A DNA stretch of 64,000 nt from Promethearchaeota archaeon (lineage in GTDB: Archaea; Asgardarchaeota; Lokiarchaeia; Sigyniarchaeales; SOKP01): assembly GCA_016839555.1 (NCBI GenBank), contig JAEOUA010000003.1, positions 128,001-192,000 on the forward strand. Direction: 5' to 3'. Shown piece by piece: positions 10,579-21,107 of this stretch; position 1 is the first letter of the stretch; every line of letters begins with the position of its first letter. A model generated the notes under the pieces. That model searched no databases. It was given only the letters and a program-made list of their open reading frames with translations, and had not been told where the DNA came from. The position numbers and the translations under genes are program-made.

Positions 10579-10792
10579 TTATATCTTCTTTTTATTTACT
10601 TTTAATAGAAAACAAAATGAGAAAAAGATAAGAAAATTCATCAGAGAGTATAGAAAAAGGGAGGAGAGCGAATCTTTTTTTTGCGTCAATCAAAAAAAAG
10701 AGTATTAGACAAAAATCCAGAAGTCTCGATGAAATTCTTATCTTTATAAATACTCCTTCAGTGAAGGAATATTACCATGATAAAGAAAGGAA

Positions 10793-12028
10793 TTATGGAG
10801 GTCCTTTCGAATGAAATACAAACTGACATTTATCCTTATTGAAATTACGATTATGTTTAGAATCGTCTTTATAATGATTAAGTGGTAATAAAAGAGAGAC
10901 GTAGATGGGTTGTAAATCAGCTTGATTTCGAATCATAAATATAAAATTATTATAATATTTTTTAGTCTTAAGAATTTTCTGTGAGAACTCTACATTTAGC
11001 TGTGTGATGTGAATAATTTTTGGAGTTCGAATAAATTCCGGAGATGTTTCTTTTCCCTTTGATTCTCCTTTAAGTTCTTTCTTTTCGGCTGTAAAGATTC
11101 CTAATTTATAGATCGTCCTTTTTACAATATCAGCCGATTTTACCAGACTTTCAAAACCTTCCACATTAAATTCTTCGATAAGGTGTCGTTTTACTCGGGA
11201 TTGAATGGTGCTCATTGCGATATTTAACCTCTTACAGAGAGAATTAATTGTAACTTTATTTTGATAATGGCATAATACAGCCACGGAAGAGACCAGTCCA
11301 GCGATCACATCATCTTTAGTGCAATAAATGTCTTTCCATAAAACTTTAAGTAAACATATAGCGTCGTTATAAAAGTCCATCCCCAAATGAAATTCTTGAG
11401 AAAGCCTAAATAGTTTGTTCTTTATGAGTTTTTTCCGATTACGATCTCGTTGTCCTATCATAAGGTCAATAAGCTTGAATTTATAGCGGTTATATTCTTT
11501 TTTTCCCATATTTGTAAGCGTCATTAATTCTTGTTCGTTTATAGGAATGCCTTGCTTTCTGCAATAGAAGTACACAAGTACAGGAATTAAATTTTCAAGC
11601 ATATATGTCCCTTTTTGAAGAGTTGCTTTGAGTTTTTTGAAGCTCCTTAAAATCGGCGCTTTAAAGGAATGAGGGAGATTTAATCCCGAGAGAAGTCGAA
11701 GAATTTGGAGTTCTACATCTAAAAGTGCATAATATTTATATGATCGTTGTTGTTGAAGTTTCTGCATACGTTCGAGCTTAGATGATTGTTGGTGATTACA
11801 ACGTTCTTTTTGGGTGCCAATAGAAGAGCTTCCCGAGGAAATTTCATGATGCACTTGCTCTTTTTTATATGGGTAATGAGATTTCATTATTGGAATTTCC
11901 AACACACATCCACACCGAGAGCATACGTAACTTTGCTCGGTTTCTATAATCTCGTCCGATAGACATAGATCACAGGTTAATCCAAAACCTGTTGAATTAT
12001 CATAATATACACAATTTTGAACAGCCAT
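10793..12028 (-). CDS. Divergent TFB/TFIIB-like protein
   Basis: Zn ribbon CDLC..CSRCG followed by two cyclin-like repeats (ILRLLSGLNLP; YFYCRKQGIPI; IAGLVS..VTINSLCKRLNIAMSTIQSR). Confidence 0.75.
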   Translation of the reverse strand: MAVQNCVYYDNSTGFGLTCDLCLSDEIIETEQSYVCSRCGCVLEIPIMKSHYPYKKEQVHHEISSGSSSIGTQKERCNHQQSSKLERMQKLQQQRSYKYYALLDVELQILRLLSGLNLPHSFKAPILRSFKKLKATLQKGTYMLENLIPVLVYFYCRKQGIPINEQELMTLTNMGKKEYNRYKFKLIDLMIGQRDRNRKKLIKNKLFRLSQEFHLGMDFYNDAICLLKVLWKDIYCTKDDVIAGLVSSVAVLCHYQNKVTINSLCKRLNIAMSTIQSRVKRHLIEEFNVEGFESLVKSADIVKRTIYKLGIFTAEKKELKGESKGKETSPEFIRTPKIIHITQLNVEFSQKILKTKKYYNNFIFMIRNQADLQPIYVSLLLPLNHYKDDSKHNRNFNKDKCQFVFHSKGPP

Positions 12029-12047
12029 AGTAGATTCACACTTTTTT

Positions 12048-12638
12048 TTATTTTTTCACCCCAATGGTTACATTTTCAAAGTTTAATTGCTGTAATAAAT
12101 CCAAAAAACAGATAATACAAGGAAGTTTGAGAGTAATTCTTCTCTCATACACATATCGAAAGGATTTTTCCATTCTCAGCCGTGCAATAAGTTTTTCCTT
12201 AAGTTGTTGTCGGTCGTAAGGTCTGTTAAAATAGTAAAGCCTCAAATATTGCTCATCTAATTCAGTGTTGCATACGGGACACATTCTATATTTTTTGTGA
12301 AATTTAGGAAAAGTAAGGGTATATGTTTTAATATTTTGAAAGGTACATCGATCTTCGTCAAATTCAAACCTTCGGAGATCCTCAGTAAAAGTTAAGCACT
12401 CACTAACGGAAATATAGGAGATTTTAGCAACTTTATCCAAGCTTAGAAAGTAATCATTTGCGTTTAAATAGAGAAGGAACAAGAGCGGTATGAGTTTCAA
12501 AGGATCTGTCTGAATAGCGCATTTCTCGATTTCCTGAAATAAAATATAGATCTGCTCGTTAATCGAAAGAGGCAAATCCAATCTCTTTCTTATTCTATTA
12601 ATTTCTTGCCTAACTTTATGGTAAAGCCCTTGAATAAT
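12048..12638 (-). CDS. Single cyclin-fold (TFB-repeat-like) protein with CxxC..CxxC Zn finger
   Basis: The frame is open upstream of TTG 12581 to ATT 12638, adding VRQEINRIRKRLDLP, which resembles the first TFB helix; CPVC and CIIC near the C-terminus. Confidence 0.55.
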   Translation of the reverse strand: MIQGLYHKVRQEINRIRKRLDLPLSINEQIYILFQEIEKCAIQTDPLKLIPLLFLLYLNANDYFLSLDKVAKISYISVSECLTFTEDLRRFEFDEDRCTFQNIKTYTLTFPKFHKKYRMCPVCNTELDEQYLRLYYFNRPYDRQQLKEKLIARLRMEKSFRYVYERRITLKLPCIICFLDLLQQLNFENVTIGVKK

Positions 12639-12640
12639 AC

Positions 12641-12994
12641 TTATACCTCTTCTTTATCTTTATATTTAGATGAACATATTAAATCTTCAAGAATTTTTTT
12701 TATGTTCGCTTTTTTTTGAGCTGATAATGTGTGAATGTCTTTCCCTTCTGGAATAGGAGAAATCAATTTTTTCCTATGTGTTAAGGAAGTAAAAATCCGT
12801 AAAAAGTTGGTTAGATACTCTCCTTTTACTGCCTCTGAATGTAAAAGTTTTATAAGGAGTTTAGTAGCCCACGCAAACCAGACATCAAAATTATCTTCCA
12901 AACTCTCACTAAGAATTTCTATAAATTGTGAATAAAGTAAGGATATTTTGTTAGATTCAGGTTTTAGCTTTGATGAATGGTCTAGAGTACTCAT
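12641..12994 (-). CDS. Hypothetical protein
   Basis: ATG start, 117 aa, first gene of a tight three-gene run. Confidence 0.6.
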   Translation of the reverse strand: MSTLDHSSKLKPESNKISLLYSQFIEILSESLEDNFDVWFAWATKLLIKLLHSEAVKGEYLTNFLRIFTSLTHRKKLISPIPEGKDIHTLSAQKKANIKKILEDLICSSKYKDKEEV

Positions 12995-13094
12995 CTTAAT
13001 GGTTTTTATCTTTTATTTACCTGATATTTTATAGTGATGATACTAAGATTATAAAATGATAAGATGATATTTAAATGTTATCGTTACTAATCGC

Positions 13095-13116
13095 TAATTG
13101 CAATCGATAGCAATTA
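13095..13116. promoter_or_regulatory. 22-bp near-perfect palindrome, candidate operator
   Basis: TAATTGCAATCGATAGCAATTA has one mismatched pair and lies in a divergent intergenic region. Confidence 0.45.
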
Positions 13117-13346
13117 ATAGACAATAATTAAAAACCATTAATATTTATTATAATAATCTGCACTTCCAAATCTCTAAATAACATAATAAAAATAGTATTA
13201 AAAATCATTATACACTATCACTCATTTACTTGACCAAATCTCAATAATTTCCGAATTATTTATAGATTTTAATAACTTCTTACTTAATATATAAGATTTT
13301 AATATATTTACAAACATTTTTAATAAAAAAGAAATAATACTTAGAT

Positions 13347-13682
13347 ATGGAATCGAAACCTTTTCGAGTTTCTTTACGGGAGGCGGGTGAAAAGGATGAA
13401 GAAACAGGTAAAGCAAGCTCCATTAAATTTACTATCCCCTCAGCAGTAGTAAAAGCATTAGAGATTGATAAAGGTGATATTGTCCATATTAAAGTATATA
13501 AGATATTAGAGGGAACTAATATTAGGGAAGTTGAGTTCCCTCTATTTTCCGAAGTTATTAAAGGAGGTTCTACTTCATTAGCCGTAACTGTAGATAAGAA
13601 AGAAGTGGAACGGTATGATTTAAATAAAGACCTCGATTTGGAAATTACGCTTTCTATTGTTAAAAAATATGATTCTATTTAA
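13347..13682 (+). CDS. Tandem AbrB/MazE-like DNA-binding protein
   Basis: Two swapped-hairpin-like units: SIKFTIPSAVVKALEIDKGDIVHIKV and GSTSLAVTVDKKEVERYDLNKDLDLEITL. Confidence 0.75.
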   Translation: MESKPFRVSLREAGEKDEETGKASSIKFTIPSAVVKALEIDKGDIVHIKVYKILEGTNIREVEFPLFSEVIKGGSTSLAVTVDKKEVERYDLNKDLDLEITLSIVKKYDSI

Positions 13683-14301
13683 CGAATATTTAAAAATTTA
13701 TTAAAATATTTAGAGATCTTAAAATTATTTTAATCAATATTATGTAATTTTTAATAGGAAAAACTGAGTAAGAAATTGGATATTCACTAACTTTGAAAGG
13801 ATTTTTTCTATATTTTCTTGTTTTTTTTCTTTTAATCTTGGATCATTATAATATTTTTCTAAAGTTAAAATCTCATTGATAATAAATATATAGTCCCAGA
13901 ATCAGATAATGGAAACTATTTTTGAATATACTTTGTGAGTGAAAAAGAATAAGAATTCTAAAAATAAAAATAAAATGCTTGAGAAATCAAGAGATTTAAA
14001 TTTAGACATTCCTTAATTTTATAATGGTTAAAAAATCCTTTGACTTTGTAGACTATTTTTATTATCGGTATCAAATTCCAGAGTATTAATTAGAAATCTC
14101 TATTCTTACTATAAGACTATGGCAAGATGAGAAACCAAACATATATTAGAAGCAGAAATTTTCTTTTCTTTTCTTATTTAATTCCTTTTTTAATTTTTAC
14201 AATAATCTATTACTCTATTTTAGTATTTAAGGGATTTTTATTTAAATAAATTTATTCAAAACTATTAGTAATGCATCATACAAGAATAAAAGAAAAAAAA
14301 A

Positions 14302-14526
14302 ATGGAAGTAATCTTCAAGTTCAAGTTAAGCACTCAAGATTTAGGAATTAACGCTTCTCAGTATTCTAATCAGCAACTTAAAGAACTATTAACAAAAGAA
14401 CTGATCGAAAACATCACAAATTACGATTTTGAGAAGGCATTAACCCGCAGTTCAGATGATTATATAACTTTCAAAATACAAAAGCCCACTTTAGAAGCTC
14501 CTAAATCCAAAATACCTATCTTTTAA
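14302..14526 (+). CDS. Small hypothetical protein
   Basis: ATG start, 74 aa, followed by a T-rich tract. Confidence 0.5.
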   Translation: MEVIFKFKLSTQDLGINASQYSNQQLKELLTKELIENITNYDFEKALTRSSDDYITFKIQKPTLEAPKSKIPIF

Positions 14527-14991
14527 TTTACTTTCTTTTTTTCCTTTTTGTTAAAAATATGAGAATAAATGAGATTAAAAGTTCTCAGATTTCCTCAATC
14601 ATTATAAGGATGATCCCTTTAATTCGGGATTTTTTTTATACTAAGTTAATAGGAGATAGCTTCTATTACCCTTAGAAGACTATTTGAAACATCCAAAACC
14701 TTAAATATCTCAGAATAAACCACAAAACTACAAAATTTTTTTTATAAGTTAAGATCAATATTAACACTGTTAAGATAGTTATTAACTTAGATAGTTAAGA
14801 GATCTATTTTTTGAGACTGATCGGAAGAAGATTGAAAAAGAAGATTTATCAGATAACTGGGTTTCGTGTTTTAGATATTCCGAGAATCCTTTAAAATTGC
14901 TTAATTCTAAAGCAATTTGTCTTATTCATACATATATGAGAATTTTTCATTAATTTTCTATAAGAATATTAGAGATCTTTTAATTTTATTA

Positions 14992-15071
14992 ATATTTTGC
15001 TAATCTAATACTGTTGAGCTCTAATAAAGGAAAAATTTTATTTATTTTGGTTAATTAAAGAGTAATAATTA
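14992..15071 (+). repeat. 80-bp upstream repeat, copy 1 (before spt5)
   Basis: 71/80 ungapped identity to 20985..21064 by manual comparison. Confidence 0.85.
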
Positions 15072-15108
15072 TTGAAATTTTTGATAATTCAAATTAGGAG
15101 AAAAAGAT

Positions 15109-15882
15109 ATGACGGAACAAGAAAAAGATATGGGTGAAGATATAGATTCAGAAGAACTAATTACTGAAGAGGATAAAGAAAGATTAATGGATCTTACTAC
15201 CCTTTTTGCTGTAAGAACCACAATTAATCAAGAAAGTAATATTTTAAAACAGATTTTTTATCGCTTTCGGATTCTTGATGAAGTTCCAGATATCAGAGCC
15301 ATCTTAGTTTCTCCATTGCTTCCGGGATATGTATTCTTCGAGGCACCCCAAAAGAGAGATGTTCAGATAGCCGTCCAGGGAATTCCACATATAAAGGGAA
15401 GAATTGTACAGAACATTAATTTAGGGGAAATTAAACATGTTCTCTTGCCTAGAAGTGTTACAGAATATTTAGAAGTAGGTGATACTGTAGAAATTATAAG
15501 TGGTGTATTTGAAGGTGCCCGTGCGAAAGTTATGAGAATGCCACATGATACTTCTAGCAGTGAAGAAGTAGTAGTGCGCCTCCTTCAAGAAGAAACTCCA
15601 ATTACTATAAAGATCCATGGAGACTATCTTAAATTAGTTGGCAAGAAAGAAAAGGAAGAAGAAGAGGAAGAAATAATAGTTCCTCAAGTAAAGGTCAGTA
15701 CTTCTCAAGAAACAATGAAAGACTTAGATAAAGCATTAAGTTTTGAAGAAGAATTTGAAGCAGAATATGAAGGAGAGGAAGAACCAGAATCCAAATATGA
15801 AGAAATTGAAGAGGAGGAAGAAGAGGAAGAGGAAGAGGAATATGAAGAAGAAGATGCGTGGGCTAAATTTGACGGGTTTTAA
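15109..15882 (+). CDS. spt5: Transcription elongation factor Spt5 with acidic tail
   Basis: NGN domain (FAVRTT..QE, LPGYVFFEA) and KOW motif (GDTVEIISGVFEG); long Glu-rich C-terminus. Confidence 0.93.
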   Translation: MTEQEKDMGEDIDSEELITEEDKERLMDLTTLFAVRTTINQESNILKQIFYRFRILDEVPDIRAILVSPLLPGYVFFEAPQKRDVQIAVQGIPHIKGRIVQNINLGEIKHVLLPRSVTEYLEVGDTVEIISGVFEGARAKVMRMPHDTSSSEEVVVRLLQEETPITIKIHGDYLKLVGKKEKEEEEEEIIVPQVKVSTSQETMKDLDKALSFEEEFEAEYEGEEEPESKYEEIEEEEEEEEEEEYEEEDAWAKFDGF

Positions 15883-16066
15883 CTCATTTCTTTAAAATCA
15901 TGGAAGATGCCGGAAATGGATTAAATTCAGGTATTTTCTTCTAAATTTTTGATATTAATCTTAATCTTTTTATATCTGAATTATTATTAATTGAATATAT
16001 AATTAGATTATAAAGGGTTAAACAAAAAAGGGAATAAACACATCGAAACCCCTTCTATTTAAATTA

Positions 16067-16819
16067 ATGATTAAAAGCATTTTTATACAAAAAGGAAATA
16101 CAGGAGAGCTTATATTTTTTAAAACTTATGAGGATCTTTTTGATATTAAGTTAACTAGTAGTTTTTTAAGCGCTATTTTCTCATTTGTGAAACAGACTTT
16201 AAGAACAGAAATGCTCTCGGAAATTGAAGTTGGTCCATTTAGATTTATTTTTGAAATTGAAAAATTAGGGAATGATGAGCTTTTATTTGCGCTCTTTGCA
16301 GATCGAACAGACAATCTTGTTGAACTAAGAAATCATTTACGTGAAATTCAGACCCAATTTTTAAAAAGATTTGATGAATCTTCTTTAACTCATGGATTCG
16401 ATGGAGAGATTACAAAATTCAAAGCATTTGAAGAAAACATCGAAAATATATTGGAAGATAATAAGAGGCTTATTTCTGAAAGCATAAAAAAAGATATAAT
16501 AAAGGTTTTTGAGGAACTACATAAATTTTCCGTATTTGTGGTATCATCAGCTTTAATCACTCAAACGGGAAGGGTTGTTGTATCTTATTTAGATGCAAAT
16601 ATTCTCTCTGAAATAATTCGCTTATTAGAAGGGCGGTTTATTACTGGTAATTATAGAATTAATGAATTGATTTCACTGGAGGAGTTTGGTATCCTTTCAT
16701 TGAAGGGGATAGATGAACATTTCATTTCAGTCATTCAATTCAGAAAGGATTGTCCTTTTGAAACAAGCTTACTTATAGCGAAAAAATTTTCTAATAGATT
16801 AAAAAAATTGATCATTTAA
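16067..16819 (+). CDS. Longin-like plus roadblock/profilin-like protein
   Basis: IKSIFI..GELIF, L.SSFLSAIFSF and F..FEE are longin-like; the C-terminal SSALITQTGRVVVS is roadblock-like. Confidence 0.65.
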   Translation: MIKSIFIQKGNTGELIFFKTYEDLFDIKLTSSFLSAIFSFVKQTLRTEMLSEIEVGPFRFIFEIEKLGNDELLFALFADRTDNLVELRNHLREIQTQFLKRFDESSLTHGFDGEITKFKAFEENIENILEDNKRLISESIKKDIIKVFEELHKFSVFVVSSALITQTGRVVVSYLDANILSEIIRLLEGRFITGNYRINELISLEEFGILSLKGIDEHFISVIQFRKDCPFETSLLIAKKFSNRLKKLII

Positions 16820-17021
16820 AATTACTATTTTCTACAAAATAGTATAGTTTTAAAAAGAATTAGTAATAAACTGTTCACTATTTTTTCTACTTTTTAAAAA
16901 ATTATTTTCAATTATCTAAATGGAATTTAAAAAAAAATTAAAAAAGAATTTCATATTTTTACTATTATAAGAATTATTATAAAGTTATGAAAAAAACTTA
17001 AAAAAAATATAAGTGATAAAT

Positions 17022-18317
17022 ATGGGAAGAAGGTTTGAAGTTCAAGCAATTAATGACGAAATTTTGGATGCAATGAGCTTGGAGAATCGATATAACTTCG
17101 TTAATAATAACTTAAGATCTGTATTAACACCCGATCAATTTAGTTTTTTTAATGAAGTGCAAAGATTTTGTAAACGATTTGAAAAGAAAAATGATATAAC
17201 ACATGGACCAGAAGAAGATGTATATGATTGGGTTCCTGAATTTGGTAAAAAAGGCTATATTTCTAGATTTCATGACTATTCGAAAATAGGACTCGACAAT
17301 TTACAACCTTATGGTGCGGTCGCAGATTTTCTTAGAAGTCTTGCTATTGATCTCTTTGATACACAATTTGCAATGGGTGCCGGAGCTACAGTATTAGCAA
17401 CTAATCCGCTTTGGGAACATCATGAGAATATCCCAGTGCGTTTAGAAGCTCTGCGAGATATGTTAACAGGGAAGAGTTGTGGTGCAATTTTAATTACAGA
17501 ACCAGAAAGAGGTTCTGATGCAACTCATATGTTAACCACTTGTGAAGAACAACCAGATGGTAGTTTTATATTAAATGGAACCAAAATTTTCAGTACTAAT
17601 GCTCCTAAATCGGATTGGGTTGTTGCATATGCTACCTCGGAGGCAAATAATTCAAATACAATGGCACAATTTTTAATTAATACTAATTGGGAGGGAATTG
17701 ACGTTCAGCGTGTGGGAATTCCATGGGTTCCGAAATTATATTTGGGAAAAGAAGAATTGGTGAATTTAAGAGTACCTAAGGAATATGTTTTGGGGGGACC
17801 TGGAAGAGGAAAGGCTCATCTTTTTGAAGGGTTAATCCCAGAAAGAATTGGAATTGCTATGGTTTCAATTTCCCAATGCTGGGGAGCTATAACTCTTGCA
17901 ACGATCTATGCTAATATGAGAGAACAGATGGGAAAAAAAATATTAATATGGCAAGGAGTAGGGTTTCCATTAACAGACTATTGGTCCAAAACAACTAATC
18001 TGACACTAGCATTATTAAAGTTTTGTGAATTATATGATGAGAAAATTGAAAAATTTGGAGAAGAGCTTCCTAATATTATTCGTCAAACTATGGTTGCCTC
18101 CGCAAGTCAACTAAAATATCATATCACTAATTTATCAAAAGAAATATGTTATGAATGTGGGAATTTAATGGGTGGAGCCGGTGTATGCGATAACACAGCA
18201 ATGCATGATTACATGAACATTTCTAGAATTCAAGAAGTAATCGGAGGAACTAGTCAAATACAGCAATATATTATGAGTATGAGCTTAAGAACTTTGTATA
18301 AAATGTCTGTACTATAA
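17022..18317 (+). CDS. Acyl-CoA dehydrogenase family protein
   Basis: ITEPERGSDA, LNGTKIFSTNA, REQMGK.I, MGGAG and IGGTSQIQ. Confidence 0.92.
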   Translation: MGRRFEVQAINDEILDAMSLENRYNFVNNNLRSVLTPDQFSFFNEVQRFCKRFEKKNDITHGPEEDVYDWVPEFGKKGYISRFHDYSKIGLDNLQPYGAVADFLRSLAIDLFDTQFAMGAGATVLATNPLWEHHENIPVRLEALRDMLTGKSCGAILITEPERGSDATHMLTTCEEQPDGSFILNGTKIFSTNAPKSDWVVAYATSEANNSNTMAQFLINTNWEGIDVQRVGIPWVPKLYLGKEELVNLRVPKEYVLGGPGRGKAHLFEGLIPERIGIAMVSISQCWGAITLATIYANMREQMGKKILIWQGVGFPLTDYWSKTTNLTLALLKFCELYDEKIEKFGEELPNIIRQTMVASASQLKYHITNLSKEICYECGNLMGGAGVCDNTAMHDYMNISRIQEVIGGTSQIQQYIMSMSLRTLYKMSVL

Positions 18318-18463
18318 TTCTAATGGGAAAATTGATATAATTTTCTCAATTTTATTCATTTTTCTTTTTTATTTGTTTCTTTTTTAAAATTTGTTAGTAT
18401 TAAAACTATTAAATGTCTTTATTTTCGGTAAATGATTAGTAAAAAAAATATGAAAAGAAAAGC

Positions 18464-20533
18464 CTAATCACTTTTTAGATTATATAATTTTTTTTCAATT
18501 TCTTTATTTAGTTTATTGATCTGCTTTTCTAAATCATTAATTTCAGCTTTTATTGCTTCAAATCTGTTTTCTTGTAAGGTCAATTTATTTACATATTTTT
18601 CTTTTAATGATGCTTCTTGGGTGCTATCTCCTAATACTGAGATATTTTCTCGTAATCGTTCTTGTTCCGATATCATTTGATTTTGTTCATTTTCTAATTT
18701 TGATTTTTGATTTTGAAATTGGGCAAGATCCCCAATTAATTCTGCTATTTCTCTTAAATTGGATTCTAATTCCTTTTCAATGAATTGCTTTTTAATATAG
18801 AAAGAGATTTTATTTAATATATCTTTTTTCGTCCAATTCCAAATATAGTAACTAGAATAATTCTCTTTTCGCTCTAGAAGTTTAAATTCTATAGCGGATT
18901 TAGGCTCCAAAATCAGTTTAAAACGCCAATAATTGGCGGTTTCCTCTGGTTCCTCTGGCTTTTCAATAATTTTATAATCGGGTTTCTTAGGATGATCAAT
19001 ATATAATTCTTTGGGTTCTTCAGTTTTATTTTTAATTTTATAAACTGTGTTGAGGTTAGTATAATAGTATTCATAACAATATGCTCCACCAAAAGAGACT
19101 TTATGAACATTTAGATTCTCTGTTTTTTGTTCAGTATTAATAATGACTGCTTGTTCAACAGCATAATTCAATAATCGAGTATCATCTTTATTCATAAATG
19201 GAATTATGGATTCACCAGCTAAATTATCATCATAAATAATAGTAACAGGTCCACGTTCTAAGATAAGCGCGCTATTATTTGTTATTTCTAAGCAAGCATT
19301 TGGATTCTTATCATGTTCATTTTTATTATATAAAAGAATTTTTTTGGTCTTAATTTCTTCAGTTAAGAGTGGCACGAGTGCACTTTTTTTTCTTTTAATT
19401 GTCACTGGATTTGATATCTTATATTCGAATAATTCCCCTAACTCTTTTGTTTGAGTTTTTGTTGCAAATCTCATTTTATCTAACAACATATCATCACTTA
19501 ATCCCCCACTTATAGTAGTGTCTGGAGAAGTCATTACAGCTCTTGCTGGTGCCATTGGAGCTTTTGCATACTCCATAGCTGTTCCAATTGCCTCTTTTTT
19601 CATTTTTGGGGCGCCGCCGCCACGATATGCTTTAAATTCATCGAAGGCCATTTCTTCCTCAATATCTGTTGGTTTAGCACTAAGAACTTTAGGGGGTTCT
19701 ATAATTGGGCGTTCCATGATAATGGGCCTATAAAAATCATAAATAAATGAAACAGGCATTCCAGCAACAAGCGTAAGCTCAATATCCTCCCAATCTTGAT
19801 TAGTAATATTTTCAATGAGGGAATAACCCGCTAATAAGCATTTATTTTGTTCTTCTTGCTCTTTACTCATAATTAGCCGATAGGAAGTTTTCCAAATAGG
19901 AGATTCGTGTAAATATGATACAAATATGGTTCTTTCATTTTCATCATTTCCCCCAGATTCACAATTAATAATAATTTTTTTTGAATCCTTCTTAATGCCT
20001 GAAATTATTGTATCTAAAAAGAATTTCAAATCATTTTTTATATCTTTGTTTAAAACATCAAATTCACTAATCTCAGAAAAGGGAATTTTTACAATTTTTC
20101 CAGTTTCTTCCAATAATAATACTAATAATTTATCGGTTATTTTTATATCATTTTTGATTTTCTCTATTTCTTCCATTCCCATGATGATACCTTTTCTTTT
20201 TTCGGAAGTTTGCCTACCGATGGAAATTTCTATTTTTGCTCCCTTTAATTGGGTGATTAATGAGGTAAAAGAATTCACATTTGGAATATCGATCATAATA
20301 TTTTTTAATAACTGGTCAGGTGTGATAGCTGCATCGTAAGAGATAAAACTGATATGCCCCTTCTCACTAGTATCTAATACAAATAAGGATTTTAGTATAT
20401 CATTCATCTCATCAACGTTAAATTCCAATTCAAATGTTCCTGTACCTTTCATAGTACCTTTTAAGAGAAAATAACCAATCCCATGCTTAAAGATAATGAT
20501 TTTTTCAATTTTCAACTTATTTTCTTGATTCAT
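18464..20533 (-). CDS. DUF4139-like protein with C-terminal coiled coil
   Basis: IFKHGIGYF, NDILKSL, P.WKTSYRL, N.T.QDW.DIELTLVAG.P and GELFEY.I..PVTI....SALVP. Confidence 0.8.
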   Translation of the reverse strand: MNQENKLKIEKIIIFKHGIGYFLLKGTMKGTGTFELEFNVDEMNDILKSLFVLDTSEKGHISFISYDAAITPDQLLKNIMIDIPNVNSFTSLITQLKGAKIEISIGRQTSEKRKGIIMGMEEIEKIKNDIKITDKLLVLLLEETGKIVKIPFSEISEFDVLNKDIKNDLKFFLDTIISGIKKDSKKIIINCESGGNDENERTIFVSYLHESPIWKTSYRLIMSKEQEEQNKCLLAGYSLIENITNQDWEDIELTLVAGMPVSFIYDFYRPIIMERPIIEPPKVLSAKPTDIEEEMAFDEFKAYRGGGAPKMKKEAIGTAMEYAKAPMAPARAVMTSPDTTISGGLSDDMLLDKMRFATKTQTKELGELFEYKISNPVTIKRKKSALVPLLTEEIKTKKILLYNKNEHDKNPNACLEITNNSALILERGPVTIIYDDNLAGESIIPFMNKDDTRLLNYAVEQAVIINTEQKTENLNVHKVSFGGAYCYEYYYTNLNTVYKIKNKTEEPKELYIDHPKKPDYKIIEKPEEPEETANYWRFKLILEPKSAIEFKLLERKENYSSYYIWNWTKKDILNKISFYIKKQFIEKELESNLREIAELIGDLAQFQNQKSKLENEQNQMISEQERLRENISVLGDSTQEASLKEKYVNKLTLQENRFEAIKAEINDLEKQINKLNKEIEKKLYNLKSD

Positions 20534-20703
20534 AAAAATGATATGGCGATAATAATATTTAACTTTTCTCACATTACCTTTTTTTGTTGTTTTGTGAAAG
20601 TTAAGGATAAATTTATAAAAATCAATAAAATATTTTAGGAAAAAATAACTATCTTTTATAAGAAAAATAAATTATTTACTTCTTTTTAGAGGAAAACTTT
20701 ATA

Positions 20704-20904
20704 ATGATAATACCCATTAGATGTTTTTCATGCGGAAAGTTAATTGCTCATGTATATGAACCATATTTAGAAGCTATAAAAAAAGGGGAAAGCTCTGAAG
20801 AAGCATTCGAAAAGCTAGGAATTAAAAGATGGTGCTGCAGACGTATGATAGTGTCTCATATTAACCTTATCGATGATCTGCTTAAATTTCCAAGATTGCA
20901 ATAA
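20704..20904 (+). CDS. rpoN: RNA polymerase subunit N (Rpo10)
   Basis: MIIPIRCFSCGK...R.CCRRM. Confidence 0.97.
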   Translation: MIIPIRCFSCGKLIAHVYEPYLEAIKKGESSEEAFEKLGIKRWCCRRMIVSHINLIDDLLKFPRLQ

Positions 20905-20984
20905 GGATTATTTCTTTTTTTAAAGATATACAGTAATATTCAATAATTTTCTATAAGAATAATAGAGTTTTATTATTTTTACCG

Positions 20985-21064
20985 ATATTTTGCTAATTTA
21001 ATCCTATTGGGTTCTATTAAAGCAAAAATTTTATTTATTTTAGTTAATTAAACAGTAATAATTA
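20985..21064 (+). repeat. 80-bp upstream repeat, copy 2 (before rpl7ae)
   Basis: 71/80 identity to 14992..15071; includes a BRE/TATA-like AAAAATTTTATTTA. Confidence 0.85.
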
Positions 21065-21107
21065 GATCGATGATTAATGAAAATATTTATTAAAGTATTT
21101 GAATGAG

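Noticed and set aside
10750-10772. Inverted repeat TCCTTCA-G-TGAAGGA between convergent genes
   Set aside because: Short; could be a terminator or chance, with no further support.
14740-14805. Repeated GTTAAGA/AGATAGTTA words suggesting iterons or an origin
   Set aside because: Short, irregularly spaced and AT-rich; no ORB motif or initiator gene nearby.
2400-15000. Calling the accessory block a provirus or transposon
   Set aside because: No integrase, transposase, capsid, packaging ATPase or att repeats recognised.
15780-15855. GAA/GAG tandem repeats
   Set aside because: These encode the poly-Glu tail of Spt5 and are not an independent repeat element.
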